The position numbers and the translations under genes were made by a program. From the NCBI GenBank assembly GCA_036556325.1, contig DATBJR010000113.1, positions 1-58,892 on the forward strand: a stretch of 58,892 nt of DNA, read 5' to 3'. This stretch comes from Candidatus Limnocylindria bacterium. GTDB lineage: Bacteria; Chloroflexota; Limnocylindria; QHBO01. A model generated the notes under the pieces. It saw only the letters and a program-made list of their open reading frames with translations. It was not told the DNA's origin and did no database searches. Below are positions 42,363 through 52,154 of the stretch, in pieces. The stretch's first letter is position 1. The number at the start of each line of letters is the position of its first letter.

Positions 42363-43354
42363 CGGCCGCCGATGGTAGCGAGCGTGAAGGCCGCCCGCAC
42401 CTCTCCGGATCGGTCGCCGCGCGGGTCCAGCACCGGCGGCGAGCCGAAGTCGGCCAGCCGCCCGGTCACCGCGTCGTCCGCCAGCGCACCCAGCTGCCGA
42501 AGCACGGCTACCGTCGCGGTGCTCCGCGCCCGTCGCGCGCCATCGCCGTCCTCGATCTTCAGCGCCACCCCCAGTTGCCCGCCGCCGCGAGCGTGGCCGC
42601 CGGGACGCAGCGCCAGGGCCTGGACGCCCTCGGCGCCGCCCTTCGACAGCAGCTTGCGCGGTGCCGCACGCATGAGGGCAGTGTCCAGCTGGCGCCGCTC
42701 GCCGGCCACCAGCTCCGGGTGCTCCATCATCGCGTCGCGGATCCGCTCCAGGGCGCGGCGCAGGGCGTCATCGGCCAACCCGGTTGGGTCGGCCAGGACG
42801 GCAAACGCACGCGCCAACCGCTCCAGTGGCAGGCCGAAGGTCACGACCCCGCAGCCGTCGGTGGCGGTGACGATCTCCTCGCGGGCAAGCCCGGTGACGG
42901 TGGCCACCGTGTCCAGCGCCGCCTGCTGAACCGGGTGGTCCGGCTGCCAGTAGGTCTCCACCGGCCAGCCGGCGGCCTTGGCGTGCAGCGCCATGCCGGC
43001 ATGCTTGCCCGAGCAGTTGTGGCGCAGCTCGGATGGCGGCTCGCCGTCGCGCAGCAGCCGCTGGGCCGTTTCGCGGTCGTATGGCGGATGGGTGCCGCAG
43101 GCCAGCACCTCGCGCGTCAGGCCGCCGGCGCGCAGCAGCCCCTGCACCGTGCGCGCGTGCCGGTCCTCGCCGGCGTGCGAGGCGGCCATGATGGCCAGCG
43201 CCTCGGTCGGCGACGGGAAGTCGTAGCTGTCGAAGCGGCCCGACGCCACGAACGGCGCCAGCTGGAACGGCTTGGCGGACGATCGGATGAAGGTCCGGGT
43301 GCGGACGTCGCCGACGGACGCAGCCAGGCGCCCGCCACCGTCGACCACCGCCAC
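42359..43354 (-). CDS. L-asparaginase II family (PF06089-like) protein; true start probably upstream of 43354
   Basis: SSAKPFQ, HNCSGKHAGM and CGVVTFGLPL are family motifs. The same frame, open upstream of the first GTG, encodes PPVLVEVTRGETVESRHRGAVAVVD, the conserved family N-terminus. The stop overlaps the gltX start. Confidence 0.8.
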   Translation of the reverse strand: MAVVDGGGRLAASVGDVRTRTFIRSSAKPFQLAPFVASGRFDSYDFPSPTEALAIMAASHAGEDRHARTVQGLLRAGGLTREVLACGTHPPYDRETAQRLLRDGEPPSELRHNCSGKHAGMALHAKAAGWPVETYWQPDHPVQQAALDTVATVTGLAREEIVTATDGCGVVTFGLPLERLARAFAVLADPTGLADDALRRALERIRDAMMEHPELVAGERRQLDTALMRAAPRKLLSKGGAEGVQALALRPGGHARGGGQLGVALKIEDGDGARRARSTATVAVLRQLGALADDAVTGRLADFGSPPVLDPRGDRSGEVRAAFTLATIGGR

Positions 43355-43442
43355 CGCACCGCGGTGCCGGGACTCGACCGTCTCGCCGCGCGTGACCTCG
43401 ACCAGGACCGGCGGCGCGCTCGAGGCGGCCGCCGCCCGCGGC

Positions 43443-44102
43443 CTACTGCCCGTTGCTGCCGGGTCCGGTCGCCGTGCGCTCGCCGCTGGCGGCGGCGTCG
43501 CGATCCTGCTTGCTGAAGATGCTGCCCTGGCCCGCCGGCGCCGCGGCTCCGACCGGCTGGGCGGCCTTCTGTGACCCCTGCGAGCCGGCCGACGCGCTGC
43601 TGCCCGACGAGCTGCTGCCGGACGAGCTGCTGGCCGGTGGCCGCGCGGCGTCGTGGGTCATGATCACCGAGCCCTCCCAGTGGGCCCCTTCCTTGACGAC
43701 CAGGACCTGGGTCTTGACCTGGCCCTTGACGCGGCCGGTGGACCCGATCTCGAAGCGCCCGCCGCAGTCGACGTCGCCCTCGTAGTCGCCGTTGATGATC
43801 ACGTTGTGCGCGGTGATGCCGCTGCGCACCCGGGCCTGGGGGCTGATGATGAGCGTGCCCTGGCACTCGATCTCGCCCTGGGCCTCGCCCTCGATCCGCA
43901 GGTCGCGGTCGGAGACGTACTTGCCGTTGAAGCGGGCATGCGGATCGATGACGCTTTCGTTGCCGGCGTCATTGCGGCGGTACTCCGTCGGTGAAGGCGT
44001 CACATCGACCTCACTGGTAAGGCTATCGGGATAGAGGTTGCCGACGACATCCTCGCGCGACAAGGCGTCGGACTTGCTGTCTCGCTTGGATCCGAAGACC
44101 AC
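43443..44102 (-). CDS. bactofilin family cytoskeletal protein
   Basis: The central beta-helical repeat region (RIEGEAQGEIECQGTLIISPQARVRSGITAHNVIINGDYEGDVDC.GRFEIGSTGRVKGQVKTQVLVVKEGAHWEGSV) is flanked by disordered tails, including SSSSGSSSSGSSASAGS. GAAGGAG lies 7 nt upstream of the GTG start. Confidence 0.85.
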   Translation of the reverse strand: MVFGSKRDSKSDALSREDVVGNLYPDSLTSEVDVTPSPTEYRRNDAGNESVIDPHARFNGKYVSDRDLRIEGEAQGEIECQGTLIISPQARVRSGITAHNVIINGDYEGDVDCGGRFEIGSTGRVKGQVKTQVLVVKEGAHWEGSVIMTHDAARPPASSSSGSSSSGSSASAGSQGSQKAAQPVGAAAPAGQGSIFSKQDRDAAASGERTATGPGSNGQ

Positions 44103-44191
44103 GGGCTGGCTCCTTCCTCTTCGGGCGACGGCCTGGGCACGTCGGTCGTGCGGGGCTCTGGCAGGGACCGATAGCCTAGCAGCACGTTTCG

Positions 44192-44200
44192 AAAGGAGGT
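44192..44200 (+). promoter_or_regulatory. strong Shine-Dalgarno sequence AAAGGAGGT
   Basis: It is read directly from the sequence and lies 7 nt upstream of the in-frame ACG codon at 44207 of the DUF2332 reading frame. Confidence 0.5.
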
Positions 44201-44206
44201 AGTCCC

Positions 44207-45340
44207 ACGTCTGGCCAGGACCCCCTCCCCGAGCTGCTGGACACGATCCGCTTCTACGCGCGTGACATCCCCGCCCAGGGATCGCCGGTCTACGCCGCGC
44301 TATGCGCCTCCCTGGCCGAGGACGCCGACCGGGCGCGGATCATCCTGCGCGCTCCGCCTGCCTTCCATACCCCACTGATCCTGCTGGCCGCGGTCCACCA
44401 CCTGCTGCTGTCCGGGGCCGATGGCGCCCTCGGCGAGTACTACGCCACCGTGGCCGGCGATGGGGCGCGTCCGGTCGACGACGCGCTGTACCCGACGTTT
44501 GCCACGTTCCTGGACGCGCATCGTTCGGAGCTCGAAGCGCTGGTCGCGACCCACACCACCCAGACCAACGAGGCGCGGCGCACGGTCGTCACCCTGCCGG
44601 CGCTGGGCCTGGTGGCGGGCGAGCGTGGCCTGCCGCTGGCCCTGCTGGAGGTCGGGGCCAGCGCCGGGCTCAACCTGTTGGTCGATCGCTTCGGCTTCCG
44701 CATCGGCCCCGTGGAGGCAGGCATGGCGGCGTCAGGCGTTCACCTGGACTGCGAGGTTCGGGGCGACCTGCTGCCGCCGGTGCCGACCAGCGTGTCCGTC
44801 GCCTGGCGGCTGGGCGTGGACCTGAACCCGCTCGACGCTCGCGACCCGGATACGCGAGCCTGGCTGCGTGCCCTCGTCTGGCCGGAGCACCGCGACCGGA
44901 TGGCCGTCCTGGACGCAGCGCTGGCGATTGCCGAGCTTCACCCGCCGCCGCTGGTCCGTGGCGACCTGACCACGGACCTGCCGGAGCTCGGCGCCAGCGC
45001 GCCTGGGGCATCGGCCCTGGTCGTGGTCTCGACCTGGGTGCTGGCCTACGTGACGCCAAGCCTGCGTCACACCTTCGTCGGCGAGCTTCGGCAGCTGGCT
45101 GCCGAGCGCGGTGCCGATGTCTGGCTGGTCGTCGGAGAGGGCCAGTCCATCCTCGGCTCGCTGGGGCTGGGCCTGACCGACGAGCCGCCCGATGGCTACG
45201 GCCCGTCGATGCTGGCTCTCTGCCGCTTCCGCCCCGACGGCTCGGACGAGAGCCGCCTCCTGGCCGAGTGCCACGCCCACGGCCGCTGGATCCGCTGGCT
45301 GGATGCCGCGACCGCGGTTCCCGCTGGCGAGCCCGCGTAG
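44207..45340 (+). CDS. DUF2332 family protein (start codon non-canonical or lost)
   Basis: The frame is open from 44180. It encodes LLDTIRFYARD...GSPVYAALCASLAED...LLAAVHHLLL...TNEARR...LLEVGASAGLNL, as I recall for DUF2332 proteins. The first ATG/GTG/TTG is only at 44450 (track ORF), which would delete about 80 conserved residues. The 5' end is placed at ACG 44207 because of the SD. Confidence 0.65.
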   Translation, partial: TSGQDPLPELLDTIRFYARDIPAQGSPVYAALCASLAEDADRARIILRAPPAFHTPLILLAAVHHLLLSGADGALGEYYATVAGDGARPVDDALYPTFATFLDAHRSELEALVATHTTQTNEARRTVVTLPALGLVAGERGLPLALLEVGASAGLNLLVDRFGFRIGPVEAGMAASGVHLDCEVRGDLLPPVPTSVSVAWRLGVDLNPLDARDPDTRAWLRALVWPEHRDRMAVLDAALAIAELHPPPLVRGDLTTDLPELGASAPGASALVVVSTWVLAYVTPSLRHTFVGELRQLAAERGADVWLVVGEGQSILGSLGLGLTDEPPDGYGPSMLALCRFRPDGSDESRLLAECHAHGRWIRWLDAATAVPAGEPA

Positions 45341-45350
45341 AATCCCGGCG

Positions 45351-46079
45351 ATGGATGCCGCCCGCTACCCCACCCTGCACGTCAGCCACCACCCGCTGGT
45401 CGCCCACAAGCTGTCGATCCTGCGGGACGTGGGCACCGACACCAAGAAGTTCCGCGAGCTGGTCCGGGAGCTCACCTGGCTGCTTGGCTACGAGGCGATG
45501 GCCGATCTGGCCACGCGCCCCCGGACGGTGCAGACCCCCCTCGAGGCGATGGAGGGCGCCGAGGTCGAGCCCAAGGTCGGGCTGGTGCCGGTGCTCCGCG
45601 CCGGGCTGGGCATGGTCGACGCCATGCTCGAGCTCATTCCCACCGCCCAGGTGTGGCACATCGGCCTCTACCGCGACGAGCGGACCCTGAAGCCGGTCGA
45701 GTACTACAACAAGCTGCCGGACGCCGCCACCGTCCAGGTCTGCCTGATCCTGGACCCGATGCTGGCCACCGGGGGCTCTTCCTCGGCCACGGTCGACATC
45801 CTCAAGGCCTGGGGCGCGCAGAACATCAAGCAGGTGAGCCTCATCGCCGCGCCGGAGGGGGTGGCCACGCTGGCGGCCGCGCACCCGGACGTCGACGTCC
45901 ACGTCGCTGCCGTCGACCGGGAGCTGAACGAGCGCGGGTACATCGTCCCGGGCCTCGGCGACGCCGGCGACCGGCAGTTCGGCACCTTCGCCGGCCCCGC
46001 CTCCGAGCCCGGCCACGGGCCGACCGACGAGACCGCGGAAGTGGTGCGGCGCCTGCAGCGGGACCTCGCCGGCTCCTGA
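45351..46079 (+). CDS. upp: uracil phosphoribosyltransferase
   Basis: HPLVAHKLSILRD, VPVLRAGLGM, the PRPP loop LILDPMLATGGS and YIVPGLGDAGDR are present. A C-terminal extension of about 30 aa follows. Confidence 0.9.
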   Translation: MDAARYPTLHVSHHPLVAHKLSILRDVGTDTKKFRELVRELTWLLGYEAMADLATRPRTVQTPLEAMEGAEVEPKVGLVPVLRAGLGMVDAMLELIPTAQVWHIGLYRDERTLKPVEYYNKLPDAATVQVCLILDPMLATGGSSSATVDILKAWGAQNIKQVSLIAAPEGVATLAAAHPDVDVHVAAVDRELNERGYIVPGLGDAGDRQFGTFAGPASEPGHGPTDETAEVVRRLQRDLAGS

Positions 46080-46219
46080 TCCGACGCCGCGCGCGCGGCG
46101 CGCAAAGAAATGTCCCGGAGGAACTGCCCCCGGCCCGTTGATGCAATCTCCGGAACCGTTGGCCGCCCCTTCGGGACGACTACAGGATAGGCGGCGCGCC
46201 GCCGGCGGCACAACCCCCG

Positions 46220-46272
46220 TTATCCCCGACTTTCAGCGCCGATCTCCGACTTATCCACGACGTATCCCCGAC
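46220..46272. repeat. array of four 11-nt direct repeats (consensus nTATCCCCGAC), three in exact tandem
   Basis: The units are TTATCCCCGAC (46220-46230), CGATCTCCGAC (46240-46250), TTATCCACGAC (46251-46261) and GTATCCCCGAC (46262-46272). The array lies in the 200-bp spacer between the convergent upp and GH15 genes. Confidence 0.7.
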
Positions 46273-46279
46273 GTGGGCC

Positions 46280-48340
46280 TCAGGCCGAGCCGCCACTTCC
46301 GTTGCCCGAGCTGCCGTTGCCGCCGAGCCACGGCCGCGGCGTGGCCAGGGAAGGCTCTGCCTCCAGCGGGGCACGTTCCGGCTCGGGGGTCTCGGGCGTC
46401 TCGTCACCGGTCTCCGGCGCAAGCGGCGCGGCCGCGGCCGCATCGGCGTCGGCATGGATCACGTGCATCACCGCGTTGATCAGCGCCAGGTGGGTGAAAG
46501 CCTGCGGGAAGTTGCCGAGGTGGCGGCCGCTTTGCGGATCGATCTCCTCGCCGAACAGGCCCAGCGGGCTGGCGAAGGAGAGCATCCGCTCGCACAGGCG
46601 TCGGGCCTGCTCCAGCTCGCCGGTCTCCACGAGTGCCGAAACGAGCCAGAACGAGCAGATGGCGAACGTTCCCTCGGTGCCCGACAGGCCGTCATCGGTC
46701 TCCTCGGTCCGGTAGCGCAGGACGAGACCGTCGACCGTCAGCTCATCGGCGATCGCCTGGACCGTGCGCCGGATGCGCTCGTCCTCCGGCGGCAGGAAGC
46801 GCACCAGCGGCAGCAGCAGCAGTGATGCGTCCAGGGCGTCGGTGTCGTAGTGCTGGGTGAACACGCCACGGCGGTCCACGCCGTTGGCGAGGACGTCGGC
46901 ATGGATCTCGTCCGCTGCCGCCTGCCAGCGCCTGGCCTTCTCGTCGTCCTGCCGCAGCCGGGCCAGCCGCGCCCCGCGGTCGCAGGCCACCCAGCACATG
47001 ACCTTGGAACTGGTGAAGTGCTTCGGGTCACCACGGACCTCCCACACGCCCCGATCCGGCTCGCGCCAGTGGGCGATGGCCTTCTCCACCTGGCGCACCA
47101 GGATCGGCCAGATGGACTCGTCCAGCCGATCGCGCGACTTGGTATGCAGGTAGACGGAGTCGAGCATCGCGCCCCAGACGTCGTGCTGGCGCTGCCTGAA
47201 CGCTCCATTGCCGATGCGCACCGGTCGCGCGCCCTCGTAGCCGCCCAGGTGGTCCAGAGTCCGCTCGGTGAGGTCCCGCTCGCCGCCGACGCCGTACATG
47301 ACCTGCAGCTCGTCGTCACCGGCGACCTCGGCGATGAAGTACAGGAAGTCGTTTGCCTCCCAGTCGAAGCCCAGGGTGTAGAGGCCCCACAGGGCGAAGG
47401 TGGAGTCGCGAATCCAGGAGTAGCGGTAGTCCCAGTTGCGCTCGCCGCCGGGGGTCTCGGGCAGCGAGGTGGTGGGCGCGGCCACCACCGCGCCGGTCGG
47501 CGCATAGGTCAGCCCCTTCAGCGTCAGCGCGGAGCGCTCCAGGTAGGTGCGCCACGGATGGTCCGGGAAGTGGCCGCGGGCCAGCCAGTGCTGCCAGTGG
47601 TGCGCCGTCCACACCAGCCGCCCGTAGGCATCGTCATAGGTGCGTGGCGGCGCGGGCAGGCCCCAGGACAGGGCGACGAATCGGCTCTGCCCCTCTTTGA
47701 TGAGGGTTCGCGCGATCGCGCGCGGGCCCTCGAAGCCGATGTTCAGGTCGCTGGTCAGGGTCAGGTGCTGGCCGTCGGACGGGGCGTTGCAGACCCCCTG
47801 GTGGTAGCCCGACTCGGTGTACGACCACGACCCAAAGCTCTCGCCGTAGTCGAAGCGTGGCTCGCAGTCCATGCTGAGCTGCACCTCGCCGTTCACGCAG
47901 CGGACGGTCCGCAGCAGGATGTGCTCGGCGTCGTAGTCGGTGGGCGCCCGGCGCTGCGAGCGCGAGCGCTCCGCCTCCGCATGCCAGGGGCCGATGAGCA
48001 GCACGTCGCGAACGATGATCCAGCCGGTGGGCGTGCCCCAGCTCGTCTCGAGCACCGTGGTGCCGGGCAGGTAGCGCCGGGACGCAGGGACCTGCACGTC
48101 GGACGGGCCGAGGCGGAAGCCACCGGCGTCTCGGTCCAGGATCGAGCCGAAGACGCTCGGGGCGTCGAAGCGGGGCACGCAGAGCCACTCGACGTTGCCC
48201 GATGGCGCGACCAGCGCGGCCGTCTCGCAATCCGACAGGAAGCCGTATTCGGCGATCGGCGGGAACGGCGAGCCGCCGTAGACGGGGCGTCCGCTGGGTC
48301 CCATCAAGGCCATCGGCCCCATGCCGCGGCTGTTGTGCAC
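46280..48340 (-). CDS. glycoside hydrolase family 15 protein (glucoamylase/trehalase-like)
   Basis: [33 protein letters not shown] is typical of the bacterial GH15 N-terminus. [11 protein letters not shown] and an (alpha/alpha)6 region are present, followed by a low-complexity tail. I chose the GTG start at 48340 because GGGGAGG lies 5 nt upstream; ATGs at 48322, 48313 and 48304 are alternatives. Confidence 0.85.
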   Translation of the reverse strand: MHNSRGMGPMALMGPSGRPVYGGSPFPPIAEYGFLSDCETAALVAPSGNVEWLCVPRFDAPSVFGSILDRDAGGFRLGPSDVQVPASRRYLPGTTVLETSWGTPTGWIIVRDVLLIGPWHAEAERSRSQRRAPTDYDAEHILLRTVRCVNGEVQLSMDCEPRFDYGESFGSWSYTESGYHQGVCNAPSDGQHLTLTSDLNIGFEGPRAIARTLIKEGQSRFVALSWGLPAPPRTYDDAYGRLVWTAHHWQHWLARGHFPDHPWRTYLERSALTLKGLTYAPTGAVVAAPTTSLPETPGGERNWDYRYSWIRDSTFALWGLYTLGFDWEANDFLYFIAEVAGDDELQVMYGVGGERDLTERTLDHLGGYEGARPVRIGNGAFRQRQHDVWGAMLDSVYLHTKSRDRLDESIWPILVRQVEKAIAHWREPDRGVWEVRGDPKHFTSSKVMCWVACDRGARLARLRQDDEKARRWQAAADEIHADVLANGVDRRGVFTQHYDTDALDASLLLLPLVRFLPPEDERIRRTVQAIADELTVDGLVLRYRTEETDDGLSGTEGTFAICSFWLVSALVETGELEQARRLCERMLSFASPLGLFGEEIDPQSGRHLGNFPQAFTHLALINAVMHVIHADADAAAAAPLAPETGDETPETPEPERAPLEAEPSLATPRPWLGGNGSSGNGSGGSA

Positions 48341-48433
48341 GCTCACCTCCCCTTCGGGGTCGTCAGTCTTACCACCATGTCGCCTCTGATACCAGCCCCC
48401 GAGCGGCGCGGCGGACCGCCGACGCGGCTGCGC

Positions 48434-48439
48434 TACACT
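48434..48439 (+). promoter_or_regulatory. candidate -10 (TACACT) 8 nt upstream of the mdh ATG
   Basis: This is a TANNNT match, and there is no SD between it and the start, suggesting a leaderless or near-leaderless transcript. Confidence 0.3.
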
Positions 48440-48447
48440 CGGGCCCG

Positions 48448-49440
48448 ATGCCCGATTCACTCGTGAAGGTGGCCGTCACCGGCGCCGCCGGCCAGATCGG
48501 CTACGCGCTCCTTTTCCGCATCGCCTCGGGGCAGATGTTCGGCCCGGACACGAAGGTCGACCTGCAGCTGCTCGAGCTCGAGGCCGCGCTCCCCGCGCTG
48601 GAGGGCGTTGCCATGGAGCTCGACGACTGCGCCTTTCCGCTCCTCAACCGCGTCGTCCGCACGTCTGATGCCAATCGCGCCTTCGACGGCGCCAACTGGG
48701 CTCTCCTCGTCGGCGCGGTGCCGCGCAAGGCGGGCATGGAACGCAAGGACCTGCTGACGGTCAACGGCGGCATCTTCACCGGCCAGGGCCGCGCCATCGG
48801 CGCGCATGCCGCGGATGACGTCCGCGTGCTGGTGGTCGGCAACCCGTGCAACACCAATTGCCTCATCGCCGCCTCGAGCGCGCCGCAGGTTCCTGACGAC
48901 CGCTGGTTCGCCATGACGATGCTCGACGAGAACCGCGGCCGCTACCAGCTGGCGCGCAAGGCGAAGGTGCCGATCGAGGAGGTGCGCGACCTGGCGGTGT
49001 GGGGCAACCATTCCAGCACCCAGTTTCCTGACGTGTACCACGCCACGGTCGGCGGGCGGCCGGCCCCCGACGTCATCGGCGACGAGGCGTGGCTGCAGGG
49101 CGAGTTCCTGGAGACGATCCAGCAGCGCGGGGCGGCCATCATCACCGCCCGCGGCCAGTCGAGCGCGGCCTCTGCCGCCAACGCGGTGATCGACACGGTG
49201 CGCAACATCGCCCAGCCGACCGGCGAGAAGTTCAGCACGGCCGTCCGGGCCCCGGCGGACGCATCGGGCTATGGCATTCCGGCCGGGCTTGTGTTCGGAT
49301 ATCCGGTGCGGGCGACTGCTCCCGGAAAGGTGGAAATCGTGCAGGGCATCGAGCACGGACCGTGGGCACAGGCGAAGATCGATGCCACCCGCGATGAGCT
49401 CATCGAGGAGCGTGAGGCCGTGAAGGACCTGCTGTCATGA
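48448..49440 (+). CDS. mdh: malate dehydrogenase
   Basis: I use the internal ATG at 48448 ([23 protein letters not shown]). VGNPCNTN and WGNHSSTQ are present, as in the long cytosolic-type MDH family. Confidence 0.95.
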   Translation: MPDSLVKVAVTGAAGQIGYALLFRIASGQMFGPDTKVDLQLLELEAALPALEGVAMELDDCAFPLLNRVVRTSDANRAFDGANWALLVGAVPRKAGMERKDLLTVNGGIFTGQGRAIGAHAADDVRVLVVGNPCNTNCLIAASSAPQVPDDRWFAMTMLDENRGRYQLARKAKVPIEEVRDLAVWGNHSSTQFPDVYHATVGGRPAPDVIGDEAWLQGEFLETIQQRGAAIITARGQSSAASAANAVIDTVRNIAQPTGEKFSTAVRAPADASGYGIPAGLVFGYPVRATAPGKVEIVQGIEHGPWAQAKIDATRDELIEEREAVKDLLS

Positions 49441-50744
49441 CCAACCAGGCGCCGCCCCGAACCGACGTCGCCGCCCTCACCTACGGCGACCGCACCGTCG
49501 AGTTGCCGGTGGTCGAGGGCACCGAGGGCGAGCTGGGGGCCGATATCTCCCGGCTGCGGTCCGAGACGGGGCTGATCACCCTCGACCCCGGCTACGGCAA
49601 CACCGGCTCGACGCGCTCGGCCATCACCTTCGTCGATGGCGAGAACGGCATCCTGCGCTACCGCGGCTACCCCATCGAGCAGCTGGCCGAGGCGAGCAAC
49701 TTCCTGGAGGTCGCCTACCTGCTGATCAACGGCGACCTGCCCAGCCGCGCTCAGCTGGACGCGTTCAGCGCCGAGATCACGCACCACACCCTGATCCGCG
49801 AGGAGATGCGCCACTTCTTCGACTCGTTCCCGCACGAGGCGCACCCCATGGCGGTGCTTGCCTCCGGAACGGTGGGGATGAGCACCTTCTACCCGGACAG
49901 CCACGACATCGCCGATCCGGCCGCGGTCGAGCTCACCATCCTGCGGCTGATCGCCAAGCTGCCGACGCTGGCCGCCTGGTCGTTCAAGAAGGCCATCGGC
50001 CAGCCCTACGTCTACCCGCGCAACGACCTCGGCTACGCGGCCAACCTGCTGCACATGATGTTCGCGGTGCCGTCCGAGCCGTACGAGGTCCAGCCGGAGG
50101 TCGCCAAGGCCCTGGACCTGCTGCTGATCCTGCATGCCGACCACGAGCAGAACGCATCGGCGGCCACCGTCCGCATGGTCGGCAGCACCCACGTCAACCT
50201 GTACGCCTCCATCAGCGCCGGCATCTCGGCCCTGTGGGGCCCGCTGCACGGCGGCGCCAACGAGGCGGTCATCCGGACGCTGGAGCAGATCGTGGCCGAC
50301 GGCGGCAACGTGCAGAAGTGGGTTGACAAGGCCAAGGATCCCAACGATTCGTTCCGGCTGGCCGGGTTCGGGCACCGGGTCTACAAGAACTTCGACCCGC
50401 GGGCCAAGATCATCAAGCGGGCGGCAGAGAACGTGCTGGCTGCCATGGGCGCCGACGACGAGCTGTTCGAGGTGGCCAAGAAGCTGGAGGAGGTCGCGGT
50501 CCGCGACGAGTACTTCGTCCAGCGCAAGCTGTACGCCAACGTCGACTTCTACTCCGGCCTCATCTACCACGCCATCGGCTTCCCCAAGAACATGTTCACC
50601 AACTGCTTCGCCATCGGCCGTCTGCCCGGCTGGATCGCCCAGTGGCAGGAGATGATCCGCGACCCGGACACGAAGATCGGAAGGCCGCGGCAGGTGTACA
50701 CCGGCCCGCCCGAGCGGGCCTACGTCCCCATCGACGAGCGGTGA
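49437..50744 (+). CDS. gltA: citrate synthase
   Basis: [20 protein letters not shown] and [13 protein letters not shown] are present. The start overlaps the mdh stop (ATGA). Confidence 0.95.
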   Translation: MTNQAPPRTDVAALTYGDRTVELPVVEGTEGELGADISRLRSETGLITLDPGYGNTGSTRSAITFVDGENGILRYRGYPIEQLAEASNFLEVAYLLINGDLPSRAQLDAFSAEITHHTLIREEMRHFFDSFPHEAHPMAVLASGTVGMSTFYPDSHDIADPAAVELTILRLIAKLPTLAAWSFKKAIGQPYVYPRNDLGYAANLLHMMFAVPSEPYEVQPEVAKALDLLLILHADHEQNASAATVRMVGSTHVNLYASISAGISALWGPLHGGANEAVIRTLEQIVADGGNVQKWVDKAKDPNDSFRLAGFGHRVYKNFDPRAKIIKRAAENVLAAMGADDELFEVAKKLEEVAVRDEYFVQRKLYANVDFYSGLIYHAIGFPKNMFTNCFAIGRLPGWIAQWQEMIRDPDTKIGRPRQVYTGPPERAYVPIDER

Positions 50745-50823
50745 GGGCGCGGCCGCCTGGCCGGCAGCCAGTCACAAATCTGACACTTCCGCCCGCCGCC
50801 CTCCGCCCTAACATCGGCCGAAC

Positions 50824-51603
50824 ATGGAATTGACCATCCTCGGCCGCAGTCCGGCGCGGCCGAACCCGGGCGAAGCCTGCGCCGGCTACCTCGTCGAGGG
50901 CGGCGGCTCGCGCATCCTCCTGGATGTCGGGCCGGGCATCGTCGCGCAGCTGCTGCGCCGCAACACGCCGGACGAGCTGGACGCGGTGGTCGTCAGCCAC
51001 ATGCACACCGACCATTGCCTGGACCTGGTGACGCTGCGCTACTCGTATCCGTGGATCGACGTGGCCAAGAAGCGGCTGCTGGTGATCGTCCCGCCAGGCT
51101 CCACCGCCCAGCTGGCCGAGCTGGCGCTCGGCGCCGGCTACGCCAACTTCTTCGACAAGAGCTTCATCTTCGTGGAGCACGACGGGAAGCGGCCCATCGA
51201 GGTCGGCAACCTGCGGCTCGAGCCGGACGAGACGCAGCACTACGTGCGGACCTGGGGCTTCCGCATCAGCGCCCGCGGTGCCGGCGAGGAGCCCGATCGC
51301 ATCCTGGCCTACTCGGCCGATGCCGGGCCCTGCCCGGCCCTGCCCCGCATCGCCGACGAGTCAAACCTCTTCCTCTGCGAGGCCGGCCTGCGCTCCCTGG
51401 CCGAGGATGATCCCGAGCCGCAGTCGCGCGGCCACCTGCTGCCGTCCGAGGCAGCGCGCCTGGCGCGCGAAGCCAAGGCGCGGCGCCTGCTGCTCACCCA
51501 CGTGCCCCTGCCCGATGGCGGCAAGTGGGCCATGGAGGAGGCCGCCTCGGAATTCGAGGGTCCGCTGGAGATCGCCGAGCCGCTGAAGACCTACGAGGTC
51601 TAG
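50824..51603 (+). CDS. MBL-fold metallo-hydrolase
   Basis: VVSHMHTDHCLD is the HxHxDH motif. The protein is 259 aa. Confidence 0.8.
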   Translation: MELTILGRSPARPNPGEACAGYLVEGGGSRILLDVGPGIVAQLLRRNTPDELDAVVVSHMHTDHCLDLVTLRYSYPWIDVAKKRLLVIVPPGSTAQLAELALGAGYANFFDKSFIFVEHDGKRPIEVGNLRLEPDETQHYVRTWGFRISARGAGEEPDRILAYSADAGPCPALPRIADESNLFLCEAGLRSLAEDDPEPQSRGHLLPSEAARLAREAKARRLLLTHVPLPDGGKWAMEEAASEFEGPLEIAEPLKTYEV

Positions 51604-52154
51604 CGGCCCGCTCCCTCGAGGCGCGCCCCGGCGATGTAACGGTCGGCGGCCCAGGTGACCAGGGCCCACAGCATCGACAGGATCAGCGTCACGCCGACCA
51701 GGATGGCCGCCAGGGGGACGAAGCCCGGGCCGATGCCGGCGCCGAGCATCAGCGCCCCCAGCCCGATGACCAGCACGATGCTCCCGATCATGGCCAGGCC
51801 GATCTTGGCGGCGGTGAGCCCGAACCAGGCCAGCGAGTGGCCCTGTGCGCGGCCGGTCAGCCACAGCAGGGTGGGGCCTGCAGCGCCGAAGACGGCGATG
51901 TACAGGCCCAGCGAGCTGAACAGCTCGCCGGGACCGAGGTGCTGGTTCAGCACGGTGGCCGCGAAGGCCCAGGCGGCCAGCAGGGCGCTGGCGGCGCCGG
52001 TCCCGATGAGCCAGACGAGCAGCAGCGTCGCGGTGCCGGTGGACAGCCGCTCGACCATCTCACCGTCCGAGCCCTCCACCAGCTCGGTGGGACCCTCCGG
52101 TGCGAGCTCGGGCGGTTCGCCGTTGCGCTGGTCCGTTGGCCGCTCAGCGCTCAC
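51600..52154 (-). CDS. hypothetical membrane protein
   Basis: The protein is 184 aa, with an acidic N-terminal tail followed by about 4 hydrophobic helices. The GTG start overlaps the upstream stop (GTGA). The stop overlaps the convergent MBL stop by 4 nt (CTAG). Confidence 0.5.
   Translation of the reverse strand: MSAERPTDQRNGEPPELAPEGPTELVEGSDGEMVERLSTGTATLLLVWLIGTGAASALLAAWAFAATVLNQHLGPGELFSSLGLYIAVFGAAGPTLLWLTGRAQGHSLAWFGLTAAKIGLAMIGSIVLVIGLGALMLGAGIGPGFVPLAAILVGVTLILSMLWALVTWAADRYIAGARLEGAGR

Noticed and set aside
43440-43450. A programmed +1 frameshift at CAG-TAG fusing the bactofilin to the asparaginase.
   Set aside because: The frame relationship (+1) is real, but there is no slippery or RF2-like context and no internal SD stimulator, and the fusion would make little biological sense. 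I keep it only as the least likely explanation in the finding on the missing start.
46220-46272. The repeat array as a replication origin (oriC).
   Set aside because: Only one unit is close to a DnaA box. No AT-rich unwinding element and no dnaA, dnaN, parAB or rpmH genes are nearby, and the spacer is only 200 bp between the 3' ends of two genes.
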